A DNA stretch of 64,000 nucleotides, taken from positions 114,845 through 178,844 of the forward strand of contig CAWHXT010000005.1 of NCBI GenBank assembly GCA_963833485.1, given 5' to 3'. Both the position numbers and the translations under genes were made by a program. Positions 20,334 through 30,772 of the stretch are shown here, one piece after another (within the stretch, counting starts at the first letter, position 1; the number at the start of each line of letters is the position of its first letter). The notes under the pieces were generated by a model. The model saw only the letters and a program-made list of their open reading frames with translations. It was not told the origin of the DNA and did not search any database. This DNA comes from an uncultured Candidatus Micrarchaeota archaeon. GTDB lineage: Archaea > Micrarchaeota > Micrarchaeia > Micrarchaeales > CABMGC01.

Positions 20334-22394
20334 CTATTCCTCTTCGTGCCTGACTATCTTCAGTATTCCAGGTCTGGGAACGTATATGTCCCCGCTTCTT
20401 TCTAGTTCGTTAATATATTTAGTTGTTGTTGCGCGGTCTATTCCCTCCTTCTCAGCCTCCTCTAGCACCCTGACCATCTTTGCGTTCTGCTCATCCGTCT
20501 CCAACTTCTTTATTATGTTCATCAGGCTGTTTATCCTGCTTATCTTCTCCCTTGGCATTCCTGTGAGAAGAGTGTCTATGTCAACCCTGCCACCTCTGTC
20601 CACTGCCAGAGTCTTCAGCATGTATTCGAAAAGCTTTATCGCAATTTCGGCGTCCTGCAAATCGATCATCAGGGAAAGTCTAGACTTTGCGCTTGCCTCA
20701 GCAAGCCTTATCAGCCCCTCTATCTGCCTTGGGGTCATCGGCACCGCACCCCTTTTCATACCAAGCCTTCTAAGCTCAACATAATAGTCTTCGATTCTCT
20801 TGCTAGCTTCTGGAGACAGTCTTGGTTTAACGTTCTTCTTAGCGTAAGCTATGTATTTCCTTAGCAGATCAGCCTTTATTGGAGGAGCCTGAACCTGCTC
20901 GTAGTTCACCATCTCTGCGATCTTCGCTCCTGCTGCCTCATGCTGCACCATTATGTGCCTCGCCATCTTCTTGTCTTGTTCCTCGTCCAGAACGTCCTTT
21001 ATTGGAAATATAAGGTCAAATCTTGAAATGAGCGTTGGAGGGATATCGAACTGCTCTGAAGGATATGTGTTTGGATCGAACCTTCCGAACTTAGGGTTTG
21101 CAGCAGCAAGAACAGAAGCCTTTGCGTTGAACCTTGCGACTATGCCCGCCTTTGCAACGCTAATCGTTTGGGATTCCAGAGCTTCAAGGAGAGCAGACTT
21201 GTCGTCGTCGCTTATCTTGTCGAACTCGTCTATGCTGACCTCCCCTCCAGAGGCGAGCACTAGCGCCCCCGCCTTCAGAGTCCATCCTCCTTCTGAAAAT
21301 TCGTCCCTTTCTGCCGAAGCTGTAAGTCCTGCACCGCTGGTTGATTTTCCACTAACATAGATTCCCTTTGGTACTATTGCGGTAACTGCCTGCAACAATC
21401 TAGTCTTAGCCGTACCTGGATCTCCTATGAGCAGTATGTGTATATCACTTCTTATCGCCCCTCCATCTACTAGGAACTTGTCCGGAGTTCCTCCGAAAAG
21501 TTGTAGCGCGAGTGCCTGCTTTATCTCATCGTAACCATATATTGACGGGGCTATCGATTCGGCTATTTTTTCGAAGATTTTCTGATCCTTCGCAAGCTCC
21601 CTTATCTTCTGCTCCTCATCTAGAGAGATTTCTATTTCAGCGAACTCCTTCTGCTTCGGCTTTATCGATATTGTGTCAAAGAACATGGTGAACAAGGTCT
21701 TGTCCTCCTTTCCTTTCGAAGACCTCCTTGGCTTTATCCTAAGTATGCCAGTTACATCGACCCGATCTCCAGGGATGACTGTGTTAACAAGATCGTCTTC
21801 TAACCAAACCTCAAGCTGCCATGTCGGCGTGCTTCCCTTGAGTCTCTCAAGTGGGTCCTGTACTGCGAGTCTCTGGAGATTTATGAACTCTGACTCATCG
21901 TTTATCTGCCTTAACGACCTTCGCTTGCACTGCGGGCATGTGTCTGGAACGTTGTCGCTGTCTATTCTGATTTTCAACACTGTGTTGCAGAATGCGCATT
22001 TGTAGACCCCCATGTGAACCTTAGGAGTTATCTCTGACCTCTTTACGACTAGCGAATCTATCGTAAGCAGCTTGCCTATGTTCTGCGACCCTACGTCTTG
22101 TATAAGCAACTGCTCGCTCTCTAGGCTGTGGAATCTGGCGTATACTGGCTCAGTGGCTTCGGTATTGGGGTTCATTGAAGAAAGCGCACCGTTTGCGATA
22201 GGCATTATGGTGTCCGGCTTAGTTATGAGGTCCGTGGCAATCTCAGCATCGAACTTCTCTAGGTCCTTTATGTCCATCAGTACGCTTCTTTTCTTTGGAT
22301 AAGAGACGTACATATCGTTAATCTGCTCTAAGTAGTAGGTGTTGAAAAATTCGGTGAACTTGTTCTTCAGTTCTTCACTAGCTATCGCATCCAT
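20334..22394 (-). CDS. mcm: MCM replicative helicase
   Basis: Zn finger, GDPGTAKT, IDEFDK, SRFD. Confidence 0.97.
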   Translation of the reverse strand: MDAIASEELKNKFTEFFNTYYLEQINDMYVSYPKKRSVLMDIKDLEKFDAEIATDLITKPDTIMPIANGALSSMNPNTEATEPVYARFHSLESEQLLIQDVGSQNIGKLLTIDSLVVKRSEITPKVHMGVYKCAFCNTVLKIRIDSDNVPDTCPQCKRRSLRQINDESEFINLQRLAVQDPLERLKGSTPTWQLEVWLEDDLVNTVIPGDRVDVTGILRIKPRRSSKGKEDKTLFTMFFDTISIKPKQKEFAEIEISLDEEQKIRELAKDQKIFEKIAESIAPSIYGYDEIKQALALQLFGGTPDKFLVDGGAIRSDIHILLIGDPGTAKTRLLQAVTAIVPKGIYVSGKSTSGAGLTASAERDEFSEGGWTLKAGALVLASGGEVSIDEFDKISDDDKSALLEALESQTISVAKAGIVARFNAKASVLAAANPKFGRFDPNTYPSEQFDIPPTLISRFDLIFPIKDVLDEEQDKKMARHIMVQHEAAGAKIAEMVNYEQVQAPPIKADLLRKYIAYAKKNVKPRLSPEASKRIEDYYVELRRLGMKRGAVPMTPRQIEGLIRLAEASAKSRLSLMIDLQDAEIAIKLFEYMLKTLAVDRGGRVDIDTLLTGMPREKISRINSLMNIIKKLETDEQNAKMVRVLEEAEKEGIDRATTTKYINELERSGDIYVPRPGILKIVRHEEE

Positions 22395-22566
22395 CCTTTA
22401 ACCCCCGAAAATGAGCAATATATTAAGTCTTCAGAACTAATAAAAATCAATGCGTGTAAAGTATAACTGCCACTAAAACACTTAAATGGTTAAAGTCCAA
22501 ACAAAAGTTCCACGATACAAAATTATGAATGGAGCTTATAAATTATAAACGCATATTATTGTAAAG

Positions 22567-24060
22567 GTGATTCAACCGCAGAGAATAAGTTTTATATCAC
22601 AACGGCGATACCGTACGTAAACGGAGCGCCACACATAGGCCACGCCTTAGAGTTTGTGCAGACAGATATAGTGAGGCGTTTTTACAAGATTAGGGGCTTT
22701 GATACACTGCTGCTGACCGGCGCAGATGAAAACAGGTATAAAGAACGTGAGGGCTGCAGATGAACTGAAGATTAGCACGCAGGAGTTGTGCGATAGAAAC
22801 TCTGCTTTATTTGTTGATTTAGCCAAAAAAATAAATCTCTCTTACGACGTGTTCTTCAGATCTTCGAACCAGAAGGAGCACTGGCCAGGAGTGCAGAAAA
22901 TATGGAAAAGCTGCATTGAATCTGGAGATATTTATAAGAAAAAGTATCGCGGATTGTACTGCGTTGGCTGCGAACAGTTCTATACGGAAAACGAGCTTGT
23001 TAGTGGGCTCTGTCCAGAACATAAGACAAAACCTGAGTTAATAGAGGAGGAAAACTACTTTTTCAAGCTCTCAAAGTACCAGGAAAAACTTAGGCAGCTC
23101 ATAGAGAGTGGAGAGCTGAAAGTCATTCCTGAAACTAGGAAGAATGAGGTTCTCAGTTTCATAAAGAGCGGCCTTGATGATTTTAGCGTATCTAGGTCAG
23201 TACAGAGGACCAAAGGGTGGGGCGTGCCAGTTCCGGACGACCCTGGGCAGATAATTTATGTGTGGATTGACGCGCTTTCAATTTATATGACAGGGATAGG
23301 TTTTGGTACCGATCAGAGCAAATATGAAAGATGGTGGCCGGCAAACGTCCACGTAATAGGAAAGGGTATAATCAGGTTTCATGCGGTCTACTGGCCGGCA
23401 ATACTCTTATCGGCAAAACTCAAGATTCCAAAATCAATATTTGTGCATGGTTACTTAAACGTCGAAGGACAGAAGATGAGCAAGTCGATAGGCAATGTGA
23501 TAAATCCTCTAGAAATTTTAGATAGATACACGGCAGACGAGCTCAGATATTATCTGGTAAGAGACATACCCACTTTTGAAGACGGAGATTTTTCTGAGAG
23601 TTCTCTCAAAGACAGAGTAAACAAAGAGCTTCTAGGGGACCTTGGAAATTTAGTTAACAGGGTGCTCACAATAGTTGAAAAATCAGGTTTCAAGGAGTTT
23701 ACGGGAGATAAAGAGTTGGAGGCCAGACTTGATGTGAAGAGGATAGAGGCACTTGCCCTAGAGCTAAAGTTACACGAATCTTTGGGAGCGATAATGGAGT
23801 TTGTGAGAGACTGCAACAAATACATCAATGAGAAAGAACCTTGGAAACTCAAAGGGGAGGAGCTCAACATTGTACTTTACAACCTTTTGGAGTCAATAAG
23901 GATAATTAGTATACTTTTGTATCCTTTTATACCTGAAACTTCTGAAAAGATAGCCGAAAAACTCGGAACTAAGATCACAACCTTAGATGACTGCAAGTTC
24001 AGAGAGAAATATGTGGAGAATTTGCAGAAAGGAGGCTATTTGTTCAAAAAGAGAGAATAG
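22567..24060 (+). CDS. metG: Methionine--tRNA ligase (frameshift near 22734, start uncertain)
   Basis: Upstream frame reads KFYITTAIPYVNGAPHIGH...TGADEN; continues in the 22726 ORF with GKGIIRFH and KMSKS. Confidence 0.9.
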
Positions 24061-24062
24061 AC

Positions 24063-24593
24063 TTAGGAATATTTTACAGTTATTGCTGCTACTTCTTGCT
24101 CGATGTTGCCGTAGCCATTTACGGTGTAGTTAAGCCAGATATACCCTGAAAATGCCCTTCCAAGAGTGCCAGTAGCCACGCCTGCTGAGCCATAGCAGTT
24201 TAGGACAAAGGTGTAAGTTCCTGCGCTGTAGATCACGTTGCCTCCTGGATTGTCTCCTGTTGGATAGTAGCTAGGATTGTTTGTTACGTAGACGTTTCCG
24301 TACTTTGGCTTATCTCCAGTAGTGTTCTTCTGGTTAGAACAAGATACGCCGTTTATGGTTATAGGGCCTCCGCTGTCCTGTGAGAGAGTCAACGTCAGCG
24401 CACCACTAGTCGAGCTTAAGAAAAAGGAACCGCATGAGAAACTTGTGGTGCCGGAGCAGGATGCGGGTATTAAGGATGTGTTGAGCACGCCGAGGCTGTA
24501 CATCACTTCGATAGCTATTCCAATCATTAACATTGCTATACCGTATGAAAGTAGGAAGTCTACAGCAGCCTGGATTTTCAGCAACTTTTGCAT
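24063..24593 (-). CDS. Type IV pilin-like protein (class III signal peptide)
   Basis: KIQAAVDFLLSYG followed by a hydrophobic helix and a Ser/Thr/Cys globular part. Confidence 0.65.
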   Translation of the reverse strand: MQKLLKIQAAVDFLLSYGIAMLMIGIAIEVMYSLGVLNTSLIPASCSGTTSFSCGSFFLSSTSGALTLTLSQDSGGPITINGVSCSNQKNTTGDKPKYGNVYVTNNPSYYPTGDNPGGNVIYSAGTYTFVLNCYGSAGVATGTLGRAFSGYIWLNYTVNGYGNIEQEVAAITVKYS

Positions 24594-24664
24594 GGTTTAA
24601 GGTGCCAATTTAAAATATTTATACAGTTGCTTTGAATTAAAAGGTCCTTGCTATGAAAAATCGA

Positions 24665-25108
24665 TCAATATTCCTCTTCTGTTGTAACCCTTATTCCGTT
24701 CTTCTTCAATAAGGCAGTGGTAACTCCATCTCCATCAACCAGAGTGCCTGAAAATGTTCCATCATATATCTTGCCGCTGCCGCACGAAGGGCTCCTTGCC
24801 TTTAGAATGGCCTCTTTTGCTCCCACAGCCTTTGCTATCCTAAGAGTTTCGGAAGCTCCTTTTAAAAATTCAGATGTAACATCTTCACCTGTTGGATTGA
24901 CTACCTTCACTTTGCCAGCTAAAACATCTGATCCAGTTCCTTGTTTTATCTCCGCTGGAGGTCTTGGTATGCTTTCTCCCCCTAGAATTTCTGGGCAAAC
25001 AGGATACATGCCACCTTCTTTAAACTCTTCAAGCAATTTTTTAGTTAATTTACTTTTTCCTTTATAGTTGCAATTAATCCCAAGCAGACATGCGCTTACT
25101 AACTTCAT
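24665..25108 (-). CDS. DUF523 / TudS-like thiouracil desulfidase family protein
   Basis: VSACLLG, VCPE, SPSCG Fe-S cysteine pattern. Confidence 0.85.
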   Translation of the reverse strand: MKLVSACLLGINCNYKGKSKLTKKLLEEFKEGGMYPVCPEILGGESIPRPPAEIKQGTGSDVLAGKVKVVNPTGEDVTSEFLKGASETLRIAKAVGAKEAILKARSPSCGSGKIYDGTFSGTLVDGDGVTTALLKKNGIRVTTEEEY

Positions 25109-25121
25109 AAAAACACGATTC

Positions 25122-25754
25122 TTACTTGCTCTTAGTATCAACTTTTGCCTCAAAATCCGATATCTTGTACTTGAATTCGTCGTCCGACTTTATCAAGCCT
25201 TTCTCCTTGAGGAAATCTCTTGCAAGAAGATAGTATATCAGCGCAAGCGACCTCCTTCCCTTGTTGTTGCATGGTATTATGAGATCAACGAACTTTACCC
25301 AGTTGTCTGTGTCGCAGAGGGCAACGACAGGGATGTTGGTCTTGCTTGCCTCCCTTATTGCCTGCTTCTCGTTCCTGGTATCGCTGACCAGCATCATCGC
25401 AGGCTCTGCGTAGTCCGGCCTGTTTGAATTCGTGAACACTCCAGGGATTACCCTTCCCTGCATGAACTTAGTCTTTGTTATCTCAGCGAACTTCGATGCA
25501 GCTGCTATGGCGTATATTCTTGAAGCCGTAACCACTATATCCTTTGAATCATATCTGGCAAGCATCTTAGCTGCGAGCTTTATCCTGTCATCTATCGTAG
25601 CAAGATCTGAGCAAGTAACAGCCCGTCTTCTCTTATCTTGTAAACGAATTTCTTCATTCCCGTGCGTTCTTATCTTAGTGCCGATGTGCACGCCTACCTC
25701 TAGATACGCCTCCTGATCTGCGTTTAGCTTGTTTTCTTCGTTTGCTTCTTCCAT
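25122..25754 (-). CDS. rps2: 30S ribosomal protein uS2 (compensating internal indels)
   Basis: GVHIGTK, PGVFTN, IPVVALCDTD, IPCNNKGR. Confidence 0.93.
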   Translation of the reverse strand: MEEANEENKLNADQEAYLEVGVHIGTKIRTHGNEEIRLQDKRRRAVTCSDLATIDDRIKLAAKMLARYDSKDIVVTASRIYAIAAASKFAEITKTKFMQGRVIPGVFTNSNRPDYAEPAMMLVSDTRNEKQAIREASKTNIPVVALCDTDNWVKFVDLIIPCNNKGRRSLALIYYLLARDFLKEKGLIKSDDEFKYKISDFEAKVDTKSK

Positions 25755-25771
25755 TTTAATACCATTAAATT

Positions 25772-25860
25772 TGGGGTCGCCGAGATTTTCAAGTGTTATT
25801 TTTGAACTCGGGTCTTGTGCGCCCTAGGCACAGAGCCTAACCAAGCTAGCAGACGACCCC
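25772..25860 (-). tRNA. tRNA-Pro, anticodon reads AGG, 15-nt intron at 59/60 (25786-25800)
   Basis: GGGGTCG/CGACCCC-A; TGTGC-CTAGGGC-GCACA; BHB TTCA/TGAA in the T loop. Confidence 0.85.
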
Positions 25861-25903
25861 TGTCAGTATACTTTAGTATCAAGACCTTTTTATAACTCAT
25901 CCA

Positions 25904-26105
25904 TCACTTTCTTCCGTAGCTTATGATATCATCTATGAGATCGACATGGCTTATCATCATGCGCCTGCAGCAGTATCTCTTCACTCCGAGCTCGTCGAGC
26001 ACCTTTGCCGGCATCCTCGTGCTCCTTGTTGACCCGCCTGTCGTACTCCTCCCATTTGTCTGCGATCACTTGCCCGCATGAGAAACATCTTATTGGTATC
26101 ATCAT
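25904..26105 (-). CDS. rpoN: RNA polymerase subunit N (Rpo10), one frameshift
   Basis: [11 protein letters not shown]...[16 protein letters not shown] read across two frames. Confidence 0.9.
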
Positions 26106-26109
26106 GGTA

Positions 26110-26638
26110 TCATCTATAAGACGTCTGGAACCTCGCCCTAGCCTTTGGTCCTAGGAACTTCTTAGGCTCCACACGTCCTGACGTCATCGACTGAGCAGAG
26201 TCCTGTCATATTTCATGTAAGCCTTCTTTATCACGTCAGAGTTTGACGCGCCTGAGAGCACCTTTGCGACTGCAGTCCTTACGGCCTGTGCCTGCCCACT
26301 TACTCCCCCGCCATGCACATTTACCTTTATGTCGGAGCTGTTTGCTATCTCTTTAGTAAGGGTTGAGAAATTTATTGGCTCAAGCATGAGTTCTCTTATC
26401 TCCCTTGGCTTTAACATGTTTATCGCAACACTGTTTATAGTGAGGTTGCCCGTTTCCCTTGACCAGCCTGGCCCTCGCAACCGCATTCTTCCTCTTTCCT
26501 TTTGTGAAGACGACCTTAAGGTTTGGCGTGCCTTTTCTCCTTAACCTGGCGGGCTATCTTCTTTTCTGGCGGGGCTGTATCACTTGCTTATCTCCTTATT
26601 AAGATTGTCAACGCCACTTGTACTGGTGTTTCTACCAT
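26110..26638 (-). CDS. rps9: 30S ribosomal protein uS9, several frameshifts
   Basis: [16 protein letters not shown] and terminal [19 protein letters not shown]. Confidence 0.88.
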
Positions 26639-26643
26639 GAATA

Positions 26644-27085
26644 TCAACCTTTGAATCCTAGCTTCTTCAATAAGGTCGTTCGACAGAGACAGTGTCTTCG
26701 TAAATCTGCTTATGATTGCTTGGAGTTAACTTTCATTGAATGCTTGAGTCTCTTATATTCATCAGGCATGCCCGAGTAGACCCTTAGCAGCCTGAATGCG
26801 GTCTTGCCTTTGGTTTTTGTAAGGCAGCATTCCCCTAACCACTCTCTTAACAAACAGGTCCGGCCTCCTAGACCAGTATGGAGAGTGTTCAGGATTCGCC
26901 TTGTCCTTGAAATCGAAGCTTCTGCTTGTATTTGGCCTTGAGATCTTATGTGCCCGCTGATGAAAAGCCTGTCTGCGTTTATCAGTCACAACCTTGTCCC
27001 CTTTAAGCAACATCTTTGCTACCTGGCTCGCTACCCTGCCGAGCACTTTGTCCTTTCCATCAACAACTTTAACGTTTTCCTGCAT
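26644..27085 (-). CDS. rpl13: 50S ribosomal protein uL13, several frameshifts
   Basis: VVDG...LGRVASQVAKML, RRPDLFVKRVVRGMLP. Confidence 0.87.
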
Positions 27086-27092
27086 AAAAATC

Positions 27093-27431
27093 ACATCACT
27101 CATTCTTGGATTTGCTTCTTCAGCATGCTGTCAACTCCGATTATTTCACAGCCGTTCTGCTTAAGCTTGCCGATGCTCTTCTGAGTACTCCACAGCAGCG
27201 ATCTCAAACTTGTGTTAATAGTTCCAAATCCAAGAACCTTACCAGGAACTACTATGAACTCCCCTTTTTTGCAAGCTTGTTCAACTGATCGAGGTTGATA
27301 GTCTATCCTCGACCTCCTTGGCAGCGAACTAGCTTTGAATGCTCATCCACGCTTTGCGCTTTTAGACTTTGTCCATCTCGGCGATCGTACTCCCATGAGT
27401 TGATAGAATGCTTTTCTATCATACTTTTCAT
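27093..27431 (-). CDS. rpl18e: 50S ribosomal protein eL18, heavily frameshifted (boundaries approximate)
   Basis: Fragments such as PRRSR..INLDQLNK and VVPGKVL; conserved position between rpoD/tRNA-Leu and L13. Confidence 0.7.
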
Positions 27432-27447
27432 AATCATCAGTTGTGAA

Positions 27448-27548
27448 TGCAGGGGGAGAGATTTGAACTCTCGAAAGCACAAAGCTACAGGATTTCCAAA
27501 AATGAATTCCTTAGTCCTGCGCGTTTGACCAAGCTCCGCCACCCCTGC
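27448..27548 (-). tRNA. tRNA-Leu, anticodon reads AAG, 15-nt intron at 37/38 (27494-27508)
   Basis: GCAGGGG/CCCCTGC-A, long variable arm, CAGGA-CT-AAG-G[intron]A-TCCTG, BHB helix CTAA/TTGG. Confidence 0.9.
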
Positions 27549-27564
27549 ACAAAAGCTTATTTCT

Positions 27565-28131
27565 TCAGCTCCTTGTGAGTGGCCTTAGGTCCTCATTTAT
27601 TATCTCTAAACCCCTATTTAAGATTTGCTTCGCAGCCATTTGTCCGAATCTTTCAACATAGAACTCAGCCTCGCCCGATTCTTCGTCCTGCTTAAAGGTG
27701 ACAAGCCCGGGCTGGAACTTTGCGCTCTTCATGCTGTTGCTAAGAATTGCCTTGCCCTCTAGCTTTATTTTCTGTCCTTCAGCCAACTTGATTATTGGAA
27801 TATTTTCATTCGTGACCTTGACCTTTTTGTCCGTGCTCTTTAGGTCCTTCGAGTAAACTGTCCTTGGTCCTTCTGCTTCAAGGTTGAATAGTATCTCGTC
27901 CTTCTCATCATAGCCAGATCTGGTGTGACAAGGGGGATCGAGCCCTATCCTATGCGCTATATATTCGTCAAACATTGAGCTTGTGTTCTCGTAGAACGTG
28001 ACCTTGTCAACGGCAAAGCAGCTAACGCTGTTTATAAGGATCCTCCTGATGCAGTTAGCGAATGTGGTGTCAACTCCGCTAACTTTGAACCTGATAGCTG
28101 ATGGTGTGTCCTCTATGAAGCTAATTTTCAT
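27565..28131 (-). CDS. rpoD: RNA polymerase subunit D (Rpo3)
   Basis: FANCIRR, NTSSMFDEYIAHRIGL, IPIIKLAEGQ. Confidence 0.93.
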   Translation of the reverse strand: MKISFIEDTPSAIRFKVSGVDTTFANCIRRILINSVSCFAVDKVTFYENTSSMFDEYIAHRIGLDPPCHTRSGYDEKDEILFNLEAEGPRTVYSKDLKSTDKKVKVTNENIPIIKLAEGQKIKLEGKAILSNSMKSAKFQPGLVTFKQDEESGEAEFYVERFGQMAAKQILNRGLEIINEDLRPLTRS

Positions 28132-28206
28132 ATTCCATAAAAATAGGCAAAAGCCCGAATTATATAGAGTATATGTTATTATATATATTTAAAGATAGCG
28201 CTGGGC

Positions 28207-29127
28207 TTATGGTACAGTATAGCCGTTTAACCATTGGTTTGTGAAAGCGGTGCCTCCTACCAACGGACTACCTTCGCGCACACCGCTTTCTGAATTGCCT
28301 GAATAGTCAATAAAATCTCCATTAAGAGGCCACCACCCTACTAGATTTTTAAGCACTATTGGGGGGCCGCCTATCCCTCCAGTGTATAAGGCCTGCACCT
28401 CATTCGCTGTCAGTGAAGTGTTATAGAACTGCACATCTGCGATGCTTCCGTTTGCATATTGCCTTGTTGTACCACCAACATATCCAACTGAAAAATTAAT
28501 CATGCTGTTTGTGATATACCCAGAAGCTGTAGTACTGGCCACCAGTTTGCCATCCATATAGCAGGAAAGCGCAACGCCATTATAGGTTAAAGCGAAATAA
28601 TGCCACTTAAATGTTGATATTAATCCTCCATTGATAGTGTAATCGCGCCAGCACCATTTTGAAATACGCAGTTTAGCGTTCCCTGATTCGGTGCGCTGAC
28701 AACATAGAACCCTCCACCTAGAGGAAGAAGATATAGGAGATATTCCAGCGTAGTCTTGCCAGTTTGATATAGGAGATGTGGGCAATACGTAAGCCCAAAA
28801 AGAAAGGCTCATTTGCGAGTTTACTACAAGTGAGGAGAAATTTATCGCATCCATATACCAATTTTGATTGGTAAAAGTAGCCACAAACTTTGGAAGTTCC
28901 CCCGAGCAAATACCTTTTAGTTGCATTCCCACTGTGGTGTTTGAGCCATACGGACGAGAAACTTGACAAGAGCCAGCAAGTGCTCTGGGGCTCAGGCTTC
29001 CTATATCAAAGACATTTAGCTTGAAAAGCACTAGCAAGATTATGATAAGGATTATTATTGCTATACCATATGTCTGAAGATACTCCAGAGCGCTTTGTGC
29101 CCTGAACCTCCCCTTGCCTTTTTGCAT
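28207..29127 (-). CDS. Pilin-like N-terminus plus LamG/ConA-like domain surface protein
   Basis: RAQSALEYLQTYG class III signal; WHYFALTYNG..YMDG, GSIADVQFYN. Confidence 0.8.
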   Translation of the reverse strand: MQKGKGRFRAQSALEYLQTYGIAIIILIIILLVLFKLNVFDIGSLSPRALAGSCQVSRPYGSNTTVGMQLKGICSGELPKFVATFTNQNWYMDAINFSSLVVNSQMSLSFWAYVLPTSPISNWQDYAGISPISSSSRWRVLCCQRTESGNAKLRISKWCWRDYTINGGLISTFKWHYFALTYNGVALSCYMDGKLVASTTASGYITNSMINFSVGYVGGTTRQYANGSIADVQFYNTSLTANEVQALYTGGIGGPPIVLKNLVGWWPLNGDFIDYSGNSESGVREGSPLVGGTAFTNQWLNGYTVP

Positions 29128-29172
29128 AGAGTATTAATGATAAATTGAATTTAAATAGGTTTTTAGTAAGCC

Positions 29173-30081
29173 TTAGTACATGTGTTCTAGCTTGGCTATT
29201 CTGTCTTCAATCGGGGGGTGGGTTGAGAAGAGGTTCATGATCGAACTTGCGCTGAAAGGGTTGGCAAAATAGAGAGAGGCATTTATCTCATTTGCATGGG
29301 CCACTGGCTGGACGTTTGGCTTTGCGTCATACTGCTGTATCTTCTTAAGGGCGCTTGCAAGAAACATTGGGGCCCTTGTTATCCTTGCCCCGTTCGCATC
29401 TGCCATGTACTCTCTCCTTCTAGAGATTGCAAGTCTGAGAAGTAGTGCAAACAATGGCGCAAGGAGACCAATTACTAGAGCTATGAGGACTAAGATTCCT
29501 CCGTTCCTTCTGCCTCCGCCCCTGAGGCCACCAAAGAAGAATAGGTTTCTGATTACTGCCGCTATCATTCCTATTGCCCCTGCGAAAATGACAACAAAGA
29601 GCATAAACTGTATGTCATTGTCTGATATGTGAGACATCTCGTGCGATAGTACTCCCTCTAACTCATTCTTGTTCATTACGGAGAGAAGCCCGGAAGTTAC
29701 TGCTACTGAGGCATGCTTCTTGTTCTTTCCTGTTGCGAAAGCGTTTGGGGAAGGGTCATTTATGATGTAAATATCTGGCACTTTTATCTGGCTTGCCATT
29801 GCCATGCCTTCCACTGCATCGTAGAGAATGGGGTACTGCTTCCTGTCAGCAGGCTTTGCCCCGCTGAGCTTAAGCACCATTGTGCTGCCAAACTGATAGG
29901 TGAATATCGCATAGAACAGCACTATCACAGCTCCGAATATCAGCCCACCCGGTCCTCCGCCAAGCACCAATACGAATAAGTAGATTACGAAGGTGAAAAG
30001 TGCACCGAACAGTAGCATCAATATGACCGATCTAAGCCTGTTTCTAGCTATTTCATCGAAGAAACTTGTCATTGGTATCAC
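29173..30081 (-). CDS. htpX: M48 zinc metalloprotease HtpX
   Basis: PNAFATG, HEMSH, SRRREYMAD, THPP. Confidence 0.93.
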   Translation of the reverse strand: MIPMTSFFDEIARNRLRSVILMLLFGALFTFVIYLFVLVLGGGPGGLIFGAVIVLFYAIFTYQFGSTMVLKLSGAKPADRKQYPILYDAVEGMAMASQIKVPDIYIINDPSPNAFATGKNKKHASVAVTSGLLSVMNKNELEGVLSHEMSHISDNDIQFMLFVVIFAGAIGMIAAVIRNLFFFGGLRGGGRRNGGILVLIALVIGLLAPLFALLLRLAISRRREYMADANGARITRAPMFLASALKKIQQYDAKPNVQPVAHANEINASLYFANPFSASSIMNLFSTHPPIEDRIAKLEHMY

Positions 30082-30728
30082 TGACCCTTCTTTTTGCTAG
30101 ACTTCCCTCCTGTAGGTGCCTGTGGAGGCTGCGAGGTCTGCGCTGGCGCGGACATGTCGCTGAAATCAACCTTCACTGGTTGTCGCTCTGCGTCTGAAGC
30201 AGTCTGGAAGAAGTCAGCCTTCTGGAAGCTGAATGTGCTTGCGAATACACTACCTGGAAACTGTTGTATCGCATTATTGTAATCAAGCACATAGTCGTTG
30301 TAAGAGGTCCTGACAAATGCAATCTTATCCTCTGTGCCTTCGAGCTCCTGTTGGAGCATCTGGAAGTTCTGGGATGCTTTCAGGTCTGGATAACTTTCTG
30401 CCACTGCGAAGATGCTCTTAAGTGCCTGAGAGATCTTGTTGTTTGCCGCTGCCTTGTCTTGAACAGAACCTGAGATTATCGATGCTCTAAGGGCAGTGAC
30501 CTGTGTTAGGGTGCTCTTCTCGAATTTGGCATAACCCCTTACTGTCTCGATTAGGTTAGGTATCAGGTCGTATCTCCTCTTGAGCTGCACATCGATCTGT
30601 GCCCATGCGTCCTGTACCCTATTTCTCTTTGATATTAAGCCGTTGTAGCCCAATATCACGAACAGTGCTATCAATATCAGCACTATTATGATTATAGAGA
30701 CTCCTGAAAATAGTTGTAATAATATCAT
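30078..30728 (-). CDS. lemA: LemA family protein
   Basis: AWAQIDVQLKRRYDLIPNL, ESYPDLKA. Confidence 0.93.
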   Translation of the reverse strand: MILLQLFSGVSIIIIVLILIALFVILGYNGLISKRNRVQDAWAQIDVQLKRRYDLIPNLIETVRGYAKFEKSTLTQVTALRASIISGSVQDKAAANNKISQALKSIFAVAESYPDLKASQNFQMLQQELEGTEDKIAFVRTSYNDYVLDYNNAIQQFPGSVFASTFSFQKADFFQTASDAERQPVKVDFSDMSAPAQTSQPPQAPTGGKSSKKKGQ

Positions 30729-30772
30729 TATTTCCCTCTATACAAATTAGCAATAAACATAGGCTTGTCTAA

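Noticed and set aside
22395-22566. Replication origin next to mcm
   Set aside because: AT-rich but no recognisable ORB repeats or cdc6; divergent promoters explain it
27295-27542. ORFs of 77 and 79 aa
   Set aside because: They overlap tRNA-Leu and frameshifted rpl18e fragments
22560-28800. Many frameshifts in metG, rps2, rpoN, rps9, rpl13, rpl18e and probably the LamG gene, suggesting pseudogenes or programmed frameshifting
   Set aside because: Essential genes, clustered and often compensating indels with no shared slippery motif; best explained by low-coverage or long-read consensus errors
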